A stretch of DNA of 64,000 bases from Octopus vulgaris (taxonomy: Eukaryota), in assembly GCA_951406725.2 (NCBI GenBank), contig OX597815.1, positions 51,398,001-51,462,000 on the forward strand, given 5' to 3'. Shown here one piece after another: positions 63,501 through 64,000 of this stretch. Under the pieces are notes generated by a model. That model made no database searches. It had not been told where the DNA came from and saw only the letters and a program-made list of their open reading frames with translations. A program made the position numbers and the translations under genes. Numbering within the stretch: position 1 is the first letter of the stretch; each line of letters begins with the position of its first letter.

Positions 63501-64000
63501 TGCTACCCCAGATATGAGAACAGTACTCCTGTTAGAGTGACCCAGCAACTCATTCACAATGGTACAATCAACTTTGGTGCAAATGTCAGTCAACTACTAT
63601 ACTGGATGTTTCCAATCTTTAGTTTATTTCAGTACTAGCTTAAAAGCCGCACTCTGTGTGGACTGTGAAGCCTGGGCCTGAGGCCAAAAACTGAAGAGTG
63701 CATTAATAATAAAGCATTTATTGATACCTCACCAATATGGTGTTACTTTAAATTCAGTTTAAATGAAAAACTTGTTAATTCACAAATTTTTGGAATTCTT
63801 TTAAAATTTGAATTTTCAATTGTTAACATATAACAAATCCTCATCCAGACCTAGTCCCAATGATGGATGTTCAAGGACCAAATGAAGGGCAGATTTTCAA
63901 TCCCGAGATCATCCTGATTCCAAAAACATCGAATATATCTATGTAGAGCACATGATGACTGAGATAGAGGGGTCCTGTATGGACGGAAAGACAAAATTTC

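Overview
This is AT-rich eukaryotic DNA, full of microsatellites and interspersed repeats. The SINE and LINE families look like octopus (coleoid cephalopod) repeats; that is my inference, not a database result. I cannot identify any intact host protein-coding gene: almost all listed ORFs are microsatellite or SINE translations, and the rest are decayed transposon fragments, so the window is probably intergenic or one large intron. It contains many tRNA-derived SINEs (a CORE-like family with an internal microsatellite, a Meta-domain-like family with (TTA)n tails, and one young copy with a 12-bp TSD). It also holds RTE, R4/Dong-type (RLE), CR1/L2-like and L1/Tx1-like LINE remnants, decayed Tc1/mariner transposases, and mariner-, Tigger- and piggyBac-type MITEs, often nested inside one another. 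The most interesting signal is a set of Penelope-like (PLE) terminal-repeat relics next to (TA)n tracts. One has a full hammerhead-ribozyme core (1916-1988). Two are 300-400 bp fold-back palindromes whose arms each carry an outward-reading degenerate hammerhead motif (8563-8868, 36481-36898). Also notable are an RTE LINE with a twin-priming-like 5' inversion, an ORF1-only L1/Tx1-like insert inside a mariner, and tandem stacks of one SINE family.
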